In this document: piece after piece, positions 9,492-18,392 of the stretch
Numbering within the stretch: the stretch's first letter is position 1
Layout: every line of letters begins with the position of its first letter
Program-made: the position numbers and the translations under genes
Virus record (IMG/VR): IMGVR_UViG_2531839531_000012
Source of the DNA: a virus
Taxonomy: Duplodnaviria > Heunggongvirae > Uroviricota > Caudoviricetes
DNA length: 31,354 bases
Reading direction: 5' to 3' (one strand)
Notes under the pieces: model-generated
Seen by the model: only the letters and a program-made list of their open reading frames with translations
Database searches by the model: none
Told to the model about the DNA's origin: nothing

Positions 9492-9568
9492 ACGCCGTCG
9501 GCGCTGAAACTTGCTTTCGGTACTGGAGGGTTGAACAACGAGTCCCTCTAGGGGTTAGTCTGTTCCGT
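9492..9568. repeat. Copy 2 of the ~75-bp imperfect direct repeat (immediately 3' of the 69-aa ORF)
   Basis: AACGCCGTCGGCGCTGAAACTTGCTTTCGGTACTGGAGGGTTGAA...GTTAGT; see copy 1. Confidence 0.6.
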
Positions 9569-9580
9569 AGAGATTGGCCC

Positions 9581-9606
9581 AAACCGGCACTATTAAAGCC
9601 GGTTTT
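9581..9606 (+). terminator. Rho-independent terminator
   Basis: AAACCGGC-actattaaa-GCCGGTTTT followed by TCG: 8-bp stem and a T-run. Confidence 0.6.
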
Positions 9607-9706
9607 CGTATGTCCAATCTAAAGAATGGGGGCTGACATCCCATCATCAGATTTGTGTTATTTTAGTGCTACTCATTCGTCATTAGACATTGTAAGGGCA
9701 ATGTAT

Positions 9707-10417
9707 ATGAAACCAAGCACACACTGCGTTTATTGCGGTGTTCTCATGAATAAGGTTGAAAATCACCCCCACTGCCGCTCAGTTGAACACATGATTCCGC
9801 AAGTTTCAGTCTCCATTCATAGAACCAACGGCGAAGGTGATTTCTATGTATGCAAAAAGTGCAATGGCGATAAAAGCCGAATTGACGAGGTGTTAGGTGT
9901 CATTTGCCGCATGGTAGGAGAGCACTCAACAGGCAGCTTTGATGCTGTTAATAAATTCCATAATGCGCTTAAAAGAAAAGACTCGAAATTTCGTGAAGCA
10001 TTCCAGAGTGTTAGGCATACAAAAAAAGGTGCGCAGATAACATTACCCCTAAATGGTAGGGAGATTTACCAATACGGCACCTGGTTAGCCAAGGGAGTAT
10101 TTTTCTTAGAGTATGGGCAATTGTTGACTGTAGATAAATTAATTTGGATTAATATCGTTCGCCACGATGAAGTAATGGCTATTAAAGAAATGTATAGAAA
10201 TGAACGTGGCTCTGAGGCATTTGATGATTTATCGAAGAATAGCAACATTCCAAATATTAATGGCGAGTCGTTTCTGATTGTTGGCCAGGATGCCCGAGAA
10301 ATGTTTATTTGCTTCAATAGAGTAATGATGTTTCATATAAAGATACTGGATAGAACGTTTATTAATCAAAAAAAATGCAAAAAAGCCCTACTCAATCTGG
10401 AAAAAAGGGTTCGATAA
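9707..10417 (+). CDS. HNH nuclease-domain protein with an uncharacterised ~160-aa C-terminal domain; cargo gene in the A-to-cos variable region
   Basis: 236 aa from the Met with a TAAGGG RBS. N-terminus has C-x2-C (CVYCG), EHMIPQ and CKKCNGDK, an HNH-type arrangement. Distinctly AT-rich. Terminator-like hairpins on both sides. Confidence 0.7.
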   Translation: MKPSTHCVYCGVLMNKVENHPHCRSVEHMIPQVSVSIHRTNGEGDFYVCKKCNGDKSRIDEVLGVICRMVGEHSTGSFDAVNKFHNALKRKDSKFREAFQSVRHTKKGAQITLPLNGREIYQYGTWLAKGVFFLEYGQLLTVDKLIWINIVRHDEVMAIKEMYRNERGSEAFDDLSKNSNIPNINGESFLIVGQDAREMFICFNRVMMFHIKILDRTFINQKKCKKALLNLEKRVR

Positions 10418-10442
10418 GATAAATAAGATGTAATGAATGTGT

Positions 10443-10463
10443 GCATGCCACTGCATTTTTTTG
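10443..10463 (+). terminator. Weak candidate terminator after the HNH gene
   Basis: ATGC-cact-GCAT followed by T7 (10456-10462), with flanking GCATGC palindromes. Confidence 0.35.
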
Positions 10464-10562
10464 CATGCGTTGATCCAACCGCCAAAACATAAGGAGTACC
10501 GGTAGTAGCTTAGCTAAAGCGAGGTCATGCAACTGCATTAAAACCGACCCATAAAGCGGGCA

Positions 10563-10581
10563 GGCGTGGCGGGGAAAGCAT
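10563..10581. other. Candidate cos cohesive-end sequence
   Basis: GGCGTGGCGGGGAAAGCAT resembles the 19-nt cohesive end recalled for P2 (GGCGAGGCGGGGAAAGCAC) and 186. It lies in the non-coding stretch beyond the portal gene's 3' end, where cos sits in a P2-family prophage. Confidence 0.55.
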
Positions 10582-10807
10582 TGCGCGCCAGCGGTGGTGC
10601 GTATTATTAAAAAATACCGTCTGAGTGCGTTGTGGTGGAGCTAACGAGAGCGTTGCTAGATCGTGGGAGTTCTGATGCGAACGTGGGGCTATGTTTTGTC
10701 TGTGGAGCGATGAGAGAGGGTGAGATCAGTCGCACAATTCTACGGCTGTGCTTCCGTTAATATCTTCATCGGTATGTCATGTTCCCTACCAACAGCTGGA
10801 GGCTTTA

Positions 10808-11032
10808 ATGGATAACTATCACATTACAAAAGATGGCGATAAGTGGAAGCTTCAAAAGGAAGGAAATGAGCGGCCTAGCAAGACTGCAACAACTAAGGCT
10901 GAGATCATCAAAGATACTCAAGATTACATGTCCAATAAGACTGGCTCAGTAAAAATTCACAAAGAGGATGGGAAGTTTCAGGAAGAGCGCACTTACCCTC
11001 GTAAAGCTGATCCTAAAAAGTCCAAAGGTTAA
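10808..11032 (+). CDS. Small DUF2188-like protein; cargo gene between cos and the portal gene
   Basis: 74 aa from the internal Met (MDNYHITKDGDKWKLQKEGNERPSKT...KIHKEDGKFQEERTYPRK). GGAGG RBS. AT-rich. Confidence 0.55.
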   Translation: MDNYHITKDGDKWKLQKEGNERPSKTATTKAEIIKDTQDYMSNKTGSVKIHKEDGKFQEERTYPRKADPKKSKG

Positions 11033-11042
11033 TAAAGTCAAA

Positions 11043-11060
11043 GCCGCCATGATTGGCGGC
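11043..11060. terminator. Bidirectional terminator hairpin between convergent genes
   Basis: GCCGCCA-tgat-TGGCGGC: 7-bp GC stem with A/T-rich flanks, between the + strand ORF stop (11032) and the portal stop (11070). Confidence 0.6.
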
Positions 11061-11069
11061 TTAACTGGA

Positions 11070-12116
11070 TTATTCCGGGTTGTCGAGGGTGTACTCTTTG
11101 AACCTGATGACCTCTATACCGAGCCAGTCGTTTACCTCCCTGAACCTGTCCTGCAGCGGCGACAGCTCGTTACGCACAAATACCTTTGCCACCTTCTCAA
11201 CGTCACCGAGTGAGCCGATATTCTCGGGCTTGCCACCCATTAGCTGGAACGGCACGCGGTGCGCATCCATCAGGTCGGCGGCACTGGCTTTCTTGATATT
11301 GAAAAAGTCATCCTTTGTGGCGACCTCGCTCAGTGGCACGATTTTGATGCCGTCCGGTTTTCCGCCGGGGGCGTAGAAAAACAGGTTCTTAAAGTTGCCG
11401 AGCCCTTTCGAGTTACGCATCGCCTCGCGTAGTGATTCGACGTCGGTCGCGCTCTGCGCCGGGTCGGTCACATACATGATGTAGCCCGCGTGCGCGCCGT
11501 TCTGGTAATACTTGCGACGGAACAGCGTCGCGGATTCATTCAGCCAGGCAGAATTAAGCGCGCTGAGATATTCCGGCAGGCCGTAAATCTCCTGATTAAT
11601 ATCAGGCTCCAGCAGGTGAAACACGGTGTCAGGCGCGAACTCATGCGGCTGAGTGAAGTTTTCCACAAACCAGAAAATTGAATCATCAACCCCACGGCGG
11701 GTGTATTTTGCTGGTGATGCCAGCAACTTGATTAACTGGCCGGTGACGCTGTGGCGCTGCTCAAGAAAAGCGTTGCCGAAGACCAGATAGTCGAGAGCAA
11801 AACGGCTGAAATCCTGACGGGACAGCAGCGGGTGCGGAATGTAGGTGCTCGCGAGTACGTTGCGTTTAACGTAAATCGGTGAGCTGTGATGTACGGCAGA
11901 GCGCAGGCTCTTTGCCAGCCCGGAAAAGCTGACCGGCGGCTCGTACCATTTGCCGTTACTGATGCACTCGACATAATCCAGAATGTCGCGCTTATCGAGC
12001 ACCGGAACTGGCTCACCGAAGGTGAACGCTTCCATTTTTTGCGGTGCGCTGGCTTTCAGTTGCTGTGGTGCGCGTGTTTTCTGCGCGGCGGCTTTGCGGG
12101 ATTTTTGCTTACCCAT
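11070..12116 (-). CDS. Q: Portal protein gpQ
   Basis: 348 aa. P2 Q-like length and sequence. Adjacent to cos and divergent from the O operon. Confidence 0.85.
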   Translation of the reverse strand: MGKQKSRKAAAQKTRAPQQLKASAPQKMEAFTFGEPVPVLDKRDILDYVECISNGKWYEPPVSFSGLAKSLRSAVHHSSPIYVKRNVLASTYIPHPLLSRQDFSRFALDYLVFGNAFLEQRHSVTGQLIKLLASPAKYTRRGVDDSIFWFVENFTQPHEFAPDTVFHLLEPDINQEIYGLPEYLSALNSAWLNESATLFRRKYYQNGAHAGYIMYVTDPAQSATDVESLREAMRNSKGLGNFKNLFFYAPGGKPDGIKIVPLSEVATKDDFFNIKKASAADLMDAHRVPFQLMGGKPENIGSLGDVEKVAKVFVRNELSPLQDRFREVNDWLGIEVIRFKEYTLDNPE

Positions 12117-13885
12117 TAGTTGAACTCCAGAATAGATTTAGGCTGCATGCCGCTACCGGCAGAAAGCGGTTCGTTTAACAGGGCGTGCATGGTCGCCCAT
12201 GCGATATCGGCGTGACTGGCTTCCTCGGTGCGGCTGGCCTCGTAGGTGGCGCTGCGCCCGCTGCTGGTCATGGTTTTGCGAATCGACATAAACGACTGCG
12301 TGACGTCGGTTGCCCCTGCGTCGTACTCCAGACAGCCACGGCGAATGGTGTCTTTTGCCTTGAGCACCATTGCGGTTTTCATTTCAGGTGTGTAACGGAT
12401 GCCGCGTGCTGCCGGGTAGAATGAGCGCACCAACTGGAACACGCCGAGGCCGAGGCCGGTTGCGTCAATGCCGATGTATTCGACGTTGTATTTCTCGGTC
12501 AGCTTGCGGATGCCCTCTGCCTGCGCGGCAAAGTCCATGCTTTTCCATTGGTGGCGCTCCAGCATGCGGAACTTGCTACCCGAGACCACCGGCGGTGCGA
12601 GCACGACGCACCCGGCACTGTCGCCAGTGTGCGACGGGTCGTAGCCAATCCAGACCGGGCGAGAACCGAAAGGATGGTCGGCGAACGGGGCAAAGTCCTC
12701 CCATTCTTCCATCACATCGACCATGCAGCGCTGCAGCTCCTCGAACGGGAATACCGATGCTTTATCGTCGACAAACTCGCACATAAACAGGTTTTTAAAA
12801 TCATCATCACTGTTTTCTCGTTTGAGCTGGTCGAGGTCGAACAGGGTGCAGCCCCCGGCAAGGGCATCCTCAATGGTGACAATCTGCCGCCACTGGCCAT
12901 CGTCGCAGAGCTGACCACCGGCGAGCGCGCGGTGACTGATGTCGATTTCGATGCGGTCAGCGGCACTGGCGCGCCCCTTGTTGAACAGCTCACCAGACCA
13001 GAAGGGGTAAGCCCCGTGCGCCAGTGTTGAGGGTGTCGAAAAGTAGGTCGAGCGCAGGTGCTTCTGCGAAGCCATGCCCGAGGCGACTTTGCGCAGTTTC
13101 TGAAAGTTCGGGATCCAGAATATTTCATCGACATACAGGTCGCCGTTATGGCTCTGCGCGGTGTTGGAATTGGTACCGAGAAAAATCAGTTTTGCGCCGT
13201 TGTTACCGATGGCAATCGGGTCGCCGGTCAAGTCAACGTCGACCAGTCGTGCAAACTGGATGATGTATTCGCGAAACACGTAAGCCTGCGTTTTACTGGC
13301 TGATAAAAATATCTGGTTATGGCCTGTTTTGAGCGCGCGCAGCAGCGCCTCGCGGGAGAAATAGAACGTCGCACCAATCTGGCGGGATTTGAGAATGTCA
13401 CGAATACGGTGCTCCAGTCCTGCGCGGTACCACTGCAACTGGTACTCGAAAGACTGGTCGAAAAATAATTCCTCCAGTTTCTCGATAGCCTCGTCGCTGA
13501 AAAAATTCTTTTTCGGCTTTTTGCGCTCCCCTTTGTTGCGGTTGGCGACGTTGGGGTTAAGGTCGGCTTCGTTGCCGGTCTGGCTGTAGCGGTTGACGCG
13601 CGCCAGCCGCTCAATCTGCCGCCCGAGCAGGTCAATCTCTTTGAAATCACAGCCCGTCTTCTGTGGTTTCGCGATGAGCTGAATCAGGCGCGCCTCAAGG
13701 CTGCTTTCAACGCGGGAAATCGGTGCGATGCCGTCCCAGCCGTCGCGCTGCTTCCAGCTCTGCACGGTCGGGCGCTTGACCTGCAGCATTTCGGCAATCT
13801 GTGGCACGGAAAAGCCCTGCCAGTAAAGCAGCGATGCCTGTCGTCGCGGGTCATGCAACAAGGTTGTATCGGTGGAAATGGTCAT
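12116..13885 (-). CDS. P: Terminase large (ATPase) subunit gpP
   Basis: 589 aa. P2 P-like. Overlaps the Q start by 1 nt. Confidence 0.85.
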   Translation of the reverse strand: MTISTDTTLLHDPRRQASLLYWQGFSVPQIAEMLQVKRPTVQSWKQRDGWDGIAPISRVESSLEARLIQLIAKPQKTGCDFKEIDLLGRQIERLARVNRYSQTGNEADLNPNVANRNKGERKKPKKNFFSDEAIEKLEELFFDQSFEYQLQWYRAGLEHRIRDILKSRQIGATFYFSREALLRALKTGHNQIFLSASKTQAYVFREYIIQFARLVDVDLTGDPIAIGNNGAKLIFLGTNSNTAQSHNGDLYVDEIFWIPNFQKLRKVASGMASQKHLRSTYFSTPSTLAHGAYPFWSGELFNKGRASAADRIEIDISHRALAGGQLCDDGQWRQIVTIEDALAGGCTLFDLDQLKRENSDDDFKNLFMCEFVDDKASVFPFEELQRCMVDVMEEWEDFAPFADHPFGSRPVWIGYDPSHTGDSAGCVVLAPPVVSGSKFRMLERHQWKSMDFAAQAEGIRKLTEKYNVEYIGIDATGLGLGVFQLVRSFYPAARGIRYTPEMKTAMVLKAKDTIRRGCLEYDAGATDVTQSFMSIRKTMTSSGRSATYEASRTEEASHADIAWATMHALLNEPLSAGSGMQPKSILEFN

Positions 13886-14050
13886 TGATGCCTCGCCGTA
13901 GTGGATTCAGGGCAAGGCTACTTAATGGCCGTCAGTGATTCGCTAAGGTGCTGTTGTGTGGGCGATTGTCCAGCCGTCGTTAGTGGTCTGGCGTGCCCTG
14001 AGTCTGGAAACTGGCGTTGACCAGTAACCCTAACCTCAGGACTCCTGACA

Positions 14051-14905
14051 ATGGCAAAAAAAGTCTCAAAATTCTTTCGTATCGGCGTCGAGGGTGATAC
14101 CTGCGACGGGCGCATTATCAGCGCCAGTGATATTCAGGAAATGGCCGACACGTTTGACCCGCGCGTCTACGGTTGCCGCATCAATCTTGAGCATATTCGC
14201 GGTCTTTTCCCTGACGGCGACTTTAAGCGCCTGGGTGATGTGGTTGAGCTGAAAGCCGAGAAGATTGATGACGACTCTGCGCTTAACGGCAAATGGGCGT
14301 TGTTCGCTAAAATCACCCCGACCGATGACCTGATTGCAATGAATAAAAAATTGCAGAAGGTCTACACCTCAATGGAAATTCAGCCGAATTTTGCCAATAC
14401 CGGCAAATGCTATCTCGTTGGTCTGGCTGTGACCGATGACCCGGCAAGCCTCGGCACCGAATACCTCGAATTCTGTCGCAATGCAAAAAACAACCCGCTT
14501 AACCGCTTTAAGGCTAACCCTGAAAACCTGATTTCAGCGGCAACGCTTGCGGAGCTTGAGTTTGAAGACCAGCCGGAAACGGTATTTACCGCCCTGGCCG
14601 ATAAGGTGAAAGCCATTTTCAGCCGTAAGCAGGTCAGCGACGATGCGCGCCTGAATGATGTGCATGAAGCGGTGACCACCGTCAGCGAACATGTGCAAAC
14701 CAACCTGACAAAACAGGACGAGCGCCTTTCCGCTATGGAAACCGCGTTTGCCACTTTCAAACAGGAACTGACCGGCAAGGTTGAAGAAACCAGCCAGGCA
14801 TTTTCCGACCTGAAAACCACCCTCGATAAAACCGAAAGTTTCAGCCAGCCGCGACGCACGAAAGCCAGCGGCGGTGGTGGCGATGAGCTGCTGACCGACT
14901 GCTGA
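14051..14905 (+). CDS. O: Capsid scaffolding protein gpO
   Basis: 284 aa (the P2 O length). N-terminus MAKKVSKFFRIGVEGDTCDGR. Confidence 0.85.
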   Translation: MAKKVSKFFRIGVEGDTCDGRIISASDIQEMADTFDPRVYGCRINLEHIRGLFPDGDFKRLGDVVELKAEKIDDDSALNGKWALFAKITPTDDLIAMNKKLQKVYTSMEIQPNFANTGKCYLVGLAVTDDPASLGTEYLEFCRNAKNNPLNRFKANPENLISAATLAELEFEDQPETVFTALADKVKAIFSRKQVSDDARLNDVHEAVTTVSEHVQTNLTKQDERLSAMETAFATFKQELTGKVEETSQAFSDLKTTLDKTESFSQPRRTKASGGGGDELLTDC

Positions 14906-14981
14906 TAAACCGCAGACCAGAAACCGGGCGGCATCCCCGCCCGATGCAGTGACTAACCGATAAATTCAAACAGGAAATACT

Positions 14982-16049
14982 ATGCGCCCGGATACCCGTT
15001 TTAAGTTCAATGCCTATCTGACCCGCGTCGCTGAGCTGAACGGCATCAGTACTGATGATGTCAGTAAAAAATTCACCGTCGAGCCGTCCGTCACGCAAAC
15101 ACTGATGAACAAAGTGCAGGAGTCATCCGCGTTTCTGCAGACGATTAATATTCTGCCGGTCGCAGAAATGAAGGGTGAGAAAATCGGCGTCGGTGTGACC
15201 GGTACTATCGCCAGCACGACCGACACCTCGGGCGATGATGAGCGTAAGACCGCCGACTTCACCGCGCTTGAGTCCAACAAGTACGAGTGCGACCAAATTA
15301 ATTTTGACTTCCATCTGAAATATAAAACCCTCGACCTGTGGGCGCGTTTTCAGGACTTCCAGCGCCGCATCCGCGACGCCATTGTCAAACGTCAGGCACT
15401 GGATTTCATCATGGCCGGTTTTAACGGTACCACCCGCGCCGCCACCTCTGACCGCACCAAAAATCCGATGCTGCAGGATGTGGCCGTCGGCTGGCTGCAG
15501 AAATACCGCAATGAAGCCCCGACGCGCGTGATGAGCAACATCACCGACGCTGACGGTAAGGTCGTTTCAGCAGTGATTCGTGTAGGTCGAAACGGCGACT
15601 ATGAGAACCTCGACGCGCTGGTGATGGACGCCACCAACAACCTGATTGACGAGGTTTATCAGGATGACCCGAAACTCGTTGCCATCGTTGGCCGTAAGCT
15701 GCTGGCCGACAAATATTTCCCGCTGGTGAACAAGCCGCAGGAAAACAGCGAGGCGCTTGCGGCAGATATCATCATCAGCCAGAAGCGAATCGGCAACCTG
15801 CCTGCTGTGCGTGTGCCGTACTTCCCGGCGAATGCCGTGTTAGTGACCACGCTGGAAAACCTCTCTATCTATTTCATGGATGAGAGTCACCGCCGCAGCA
15901 TTGATGAAAACCCGAAAAAAGACCGCGTTGAAAACTACGAGTCGATGAATATCGACTATGTGGTCGAGGCGTATGCCGCCGGGTGCCTGCTGGAAAACAT
16001 CACCCTGGGCGATTTCACCGCACCTGCAGCACCGGAAAGCGGAGCCTAA
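14982..16049 (+). CDS. N: Major capsid protein gpN
   Basis: 355 aa. P2 N-like. Confidence 0.85.
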   Translation: MRPDTRFKFNAYLTRVAELNGISTDDVSKKFTVEPSVTQTLMNKVQESSAFLQTINILPVAEMKGEKIGVGVTGTIASTTDTSGDDERKTADFTALESNKYECDQINFDFHLKYKTLDLWARFQDFQRRIRDAIVKRQALDFIMAGFNGTTRAATSDRTKNPMLQDVAVGWLQKYRNEAPTRVMSNITDADGKVVSAVIRVGRNGDYENLDALVMDATNNLIDEVYQDDPKLVAIVGRKLLADKYFPLVNKPQENSEALAADIIISQKRIGNLPAVRVPYFPANAVLVTTLENLSIYFMDESHRRSIDENPKKDRVENYESMNIDYVVEAYAAGCLLENITLGDFTAPAAPESGA

Positions 16050-16052
16050 ACC

Positions 16053-16802
16053 ATGACGAGCCCCGCACAGCGTCACATGATGCGGGTCTCGGCCTCTCAA
16101 GCCGCGCAGCGGGAGCAAGCCCCGCTGCGCCATGCAACCGCCTATGAGCAGATGCTGGTTAAGCTGGCCGATGACCGCCGCACGTTAAAAAACATCCGTT
16201 CAAACGAACGTAAAGCCGAGAAAAAGCGCGAGCTGCTGCCGTTCTATGCGCCGTGGGTCGCCGGTGTGCTGGCTGATGGCCGTGGTGCGCAGGATGACAT
16301 TGTCATGACCGTCATGCTGTGGCGTCTCGATGCCGGTGATATCGCTGGCGCGCTGGAAATTGCCCCGTACGCGCTGAAATACGGCCTCACCTCTGACCAC
16401 CGCCGCACAACACCTTACATGCTGGTTGAGGAAGTGGCGCTTGCTGCGCAGCGCCTGCGCGATGCCGGTGAGTCTGTCGACCTTTCCTGGCTGCAGACCA
16501 CTATCGACCTGACCGACGGCGCTGACGTTCCCGATATGGTGCGCGCCCGTCTGCATAAGGTGACAGGCCTGACCCTTCGTGATGCCGGTATGAATGCAGA
16601 GGCGCTGGCGCAGTTTCAGCGCGCGATGCAGCTCGACCGCAATGCCGGTGTGCGCAAGGAGATTGAGCGACTGGAACGGGCATTGAAGCCAAAGCCAGAG
16701 GCCGCGCCCCGTAAAACGACTAAACCGCGCACGCGCAAACCTGCCAACAAACCGGCGGCAAAGCGCGGGCGTCCACCAAAGGCGGTAAAAACCGCCGGTT
16801 AA
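16053..16802 (+). CDS. M: Terminase small (endonuclease) subunit gpM
   Basis: 249 aa with a basic Lys/Arg/Pro-rich C-terminus. P2 M-like. Confidence 0.8.
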   Translation: MTSPAQRHMMRVSASQAAQREQAPLRHATAYEQMLVKLADDRRTLKNIRSNERKAEKKRELLPFYAPWVAGVLADGRGAQDDIVMTVMLWRLDAGDIAGALEIAPYALKYGLTSDHRRTTPYMLVEEVALAAQRLRDAGESVDLSWLQTTIDLTDGADVPDMVRARLHKVTGLTLRDAGMNAEALAQFQRAMQLDRNAGVRKEIERLERALKPKPEAAPRKTTKPRTRKPANKPAAKRGRPPKAVKTAG

Positions 16803-16895
16803 CTGAACGCTCCCCGAGCCGGGCGGCACGCCGGTCAAAGCGGGTTTTGACCCTGACGGCGACCGGCGTCCACCGCCCAACCTAATGAGGTTGTC

Positions 16896-17405
16896 ATGAC
16901 GACAGTAATACTGAATCAGCCCGACGAACCGCAGGACGTACCGGGCGTGGTGATTCCCGCACCGGAGACGGGCGACGCAGTGATTAAAAACACGTTCTTT
17001 TTCCCTGATGTGGATCCGAAGCGGGTGCGCGAACTGATGCGCCTTGAGCAGACGGTTTCCGATGCGCGCCTGCGCAACGCCATCAAGACCGGCATGGCGG
17101 AAACCAATGCGGAGCTTTACGACTACCGGCTGCGCCAGATTGCCGCAGGGTTTAAGACACTGGCCGACGTGCCTGACGCCGAGGAAATCGACGGCGAGAA
17201 TGTGCGCGTTTTCCACTACCTCAGCGCCGTGACGGCGATGGCGACCGCCACCCTGTATGAGCGTTATCGCGGGGTTGAGGCCACGGGCAAGGGTGACAAA
17301 AAAGCCGACAGCGTCGAAACCACCATTGATGACCTGTGGCGGGATATGCGCTGGTCGGTCTCGCGTCTGCAGGACAAGCCGCGCTGCATCGTGGGTCAGC
17401 TCTGA
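16896..17405 (+). CDS. L: Head completion/stabilisation protein gpL
   Basis: 169 aa (the P2 L length). Confidence 0.8.
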   Translation: MTTVILNQPDEPQDVPGVVIPAPETGDAVIKNTFFFPDVDPKRVRELMRLEQTVSDARLRNAIKTGMAETNAELYDYRLRQIAAGFKTLADVPDAEEIDGENVRVFHYLSAVTAMATATLYERYRGVEATGKGDKKADSVETTIDDLWRDMRWSVSRLQDKPRCIVGQL

Positions 17406-17608
17406 TGAAAGTCTACGCGATTCAGGGCGACACCCTCGACGCGCTTTGCGCCCGGTATTACGGGCGCACTGAGGGCGTGGTCGAGACGGTGCTGCAGGCT
17501 AATCCCGGTCTGTCTGAGCTGGGCGTCATTCTGCCGCATGGCACGGCGATTGACCTGCCCGACGTGGCATCGTCACCCGTAACAGAAACTATCAACCTTT
17601 GGGAGTAA
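17405..17608 (+). CDS. X: Tail protein gpX
   Basis: 67 aa (MKVYAIQGDTLDALCARYYG...). Start overlaps the L stop (TGATG). Confidence 0.8.
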   Translation: MKVYAIQGDTLDALCARYYGRTEGVVETVLQANPGLSELGVILPHGTAIDLPDVASSPVTETINLWE

Positions 17609-17611
17609 ACC

Positions 17612-17908
17612 ATGACAGAAGGGGAAAAAGGCGTCCTGTCACTGTTTGTGATTGGCGTGATGATTGTTGTCGGAAAAGTGCTGGCGGGTGGTGAGCCCAT
17701 TACCCCGCGCCTGTTTATCGGCCGCATGCTGCTCGGCGGTTTTGTTTCAATGGTCGCCGGTGTTGTTCTGGTGCAGTTTCCAGATATGTCACTGCCTGCC
17801 GTTTGCGGGATTGGATCCATGCTCGGCATTGCAGGTTATCAGGTGGTGGAAATCGCCATTCAGCGCCGCTTTAAGTCACAACAGGGGGATAGCGATGCCG
17901 GTCATTAA
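17612..17908 (+). CDS. Y: Holin gpY
   Basis: 98 aa with hydrophobic transmembrane segments and a charged C-terminus. First gene of the lysis cassette. Confidence 0.8.
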   Translation: MTEGEKGVLSLFVIGVMIVVGKVLAGGEPITPRLFIGRMLLGGFVSMVAGVVLVQFPDMSLPAVCGIGSMLGIAGYQVVEIAIQRRFKSQQGDSDAGH

Positions 17909-18392
17909 TACTCACCAGAATATCGCCGCATTTCTGGACATGCTGGCCTATTCCGAAGGGACGGCGACGCATCCGCTGACGAAAAATCGTGGTTACGACG
18001 TCATTGTCACTGGCCTTGATGGCAAGCCGGAAATTTTCACCGACTACACCGACCACCCTTTCGCACATGGCAGACCAGCGAAAGTGTTTAATCGACGCGG
18101 CGAAAAATCCACGGCATCAGGGCGTTACCAGCAGCTTTATCTCTACTGGCCGCATTATCAGAAACAACTCGCATTGCCTGATTTCAGCCCGTTGTCGCAG
18201 GACAAACTTGCGATTCAGTTAATCCGCGAACGCGGTGCCATTGAGGATATTAAGGCGGGGCGTATTGAGCGGGCAATTTCACGGTGCCGCAATATCTGGG
18301 CGTCGTTACCGGGTGCCGGTTACGGCCAACGTGAGCACAGCCTCGACAAACTGGTCACCGTATGGCGCACCGCTGGCGGGGTAATGGAATGA
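17895..18392 (+). CDS. K: Endolysin gpK (lysozyme-like)
   Basis: 165 aa from the internal Met (MPVINTHQNIAAFLDMLAYSEGT...). RBS AGGGGGA. Confidence 0.85.
   Translation: MPVINTHQNIAAFLDMLAYSEGTATHPLTKNRGYDVIVTGLDGKPEIFTDYTDHPFAHGRPAKVFNRRGEKSTASGRYQQLYLYWPHYQKQLALPDFSPLSQDKLAIQLIRERGAIEDIKAGRIERAISRCRNIWASLPGAGYGQREHSLDKLVTVWRTAGGVME

Noticed and set aside
9089-9568. tRNA or CRISPR interpretation of the paired repeats
   Set aside because: Only two copies, about 330 bp apart, with no repeat-spacer periodicity. No cloverleaf with a T-loop or anticodon arm can be drawn by eye. No CRISPR array or tRNA is evident anywhere in the window.
12185-13650. Multiple ORFs antisense to or overlapping the terminase large subunit gene
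   Set aside because: Arg/Ala/Pro-rich translations typical of off-frame reads of a GC-rich gene. The region is fully explained by gpP.
16200-17216. 338-aa minus-strand ORF spanning the M and L genes
   Set aside because: Antisense to two syntenic late genes with strong identities. Composition-driven open frame.
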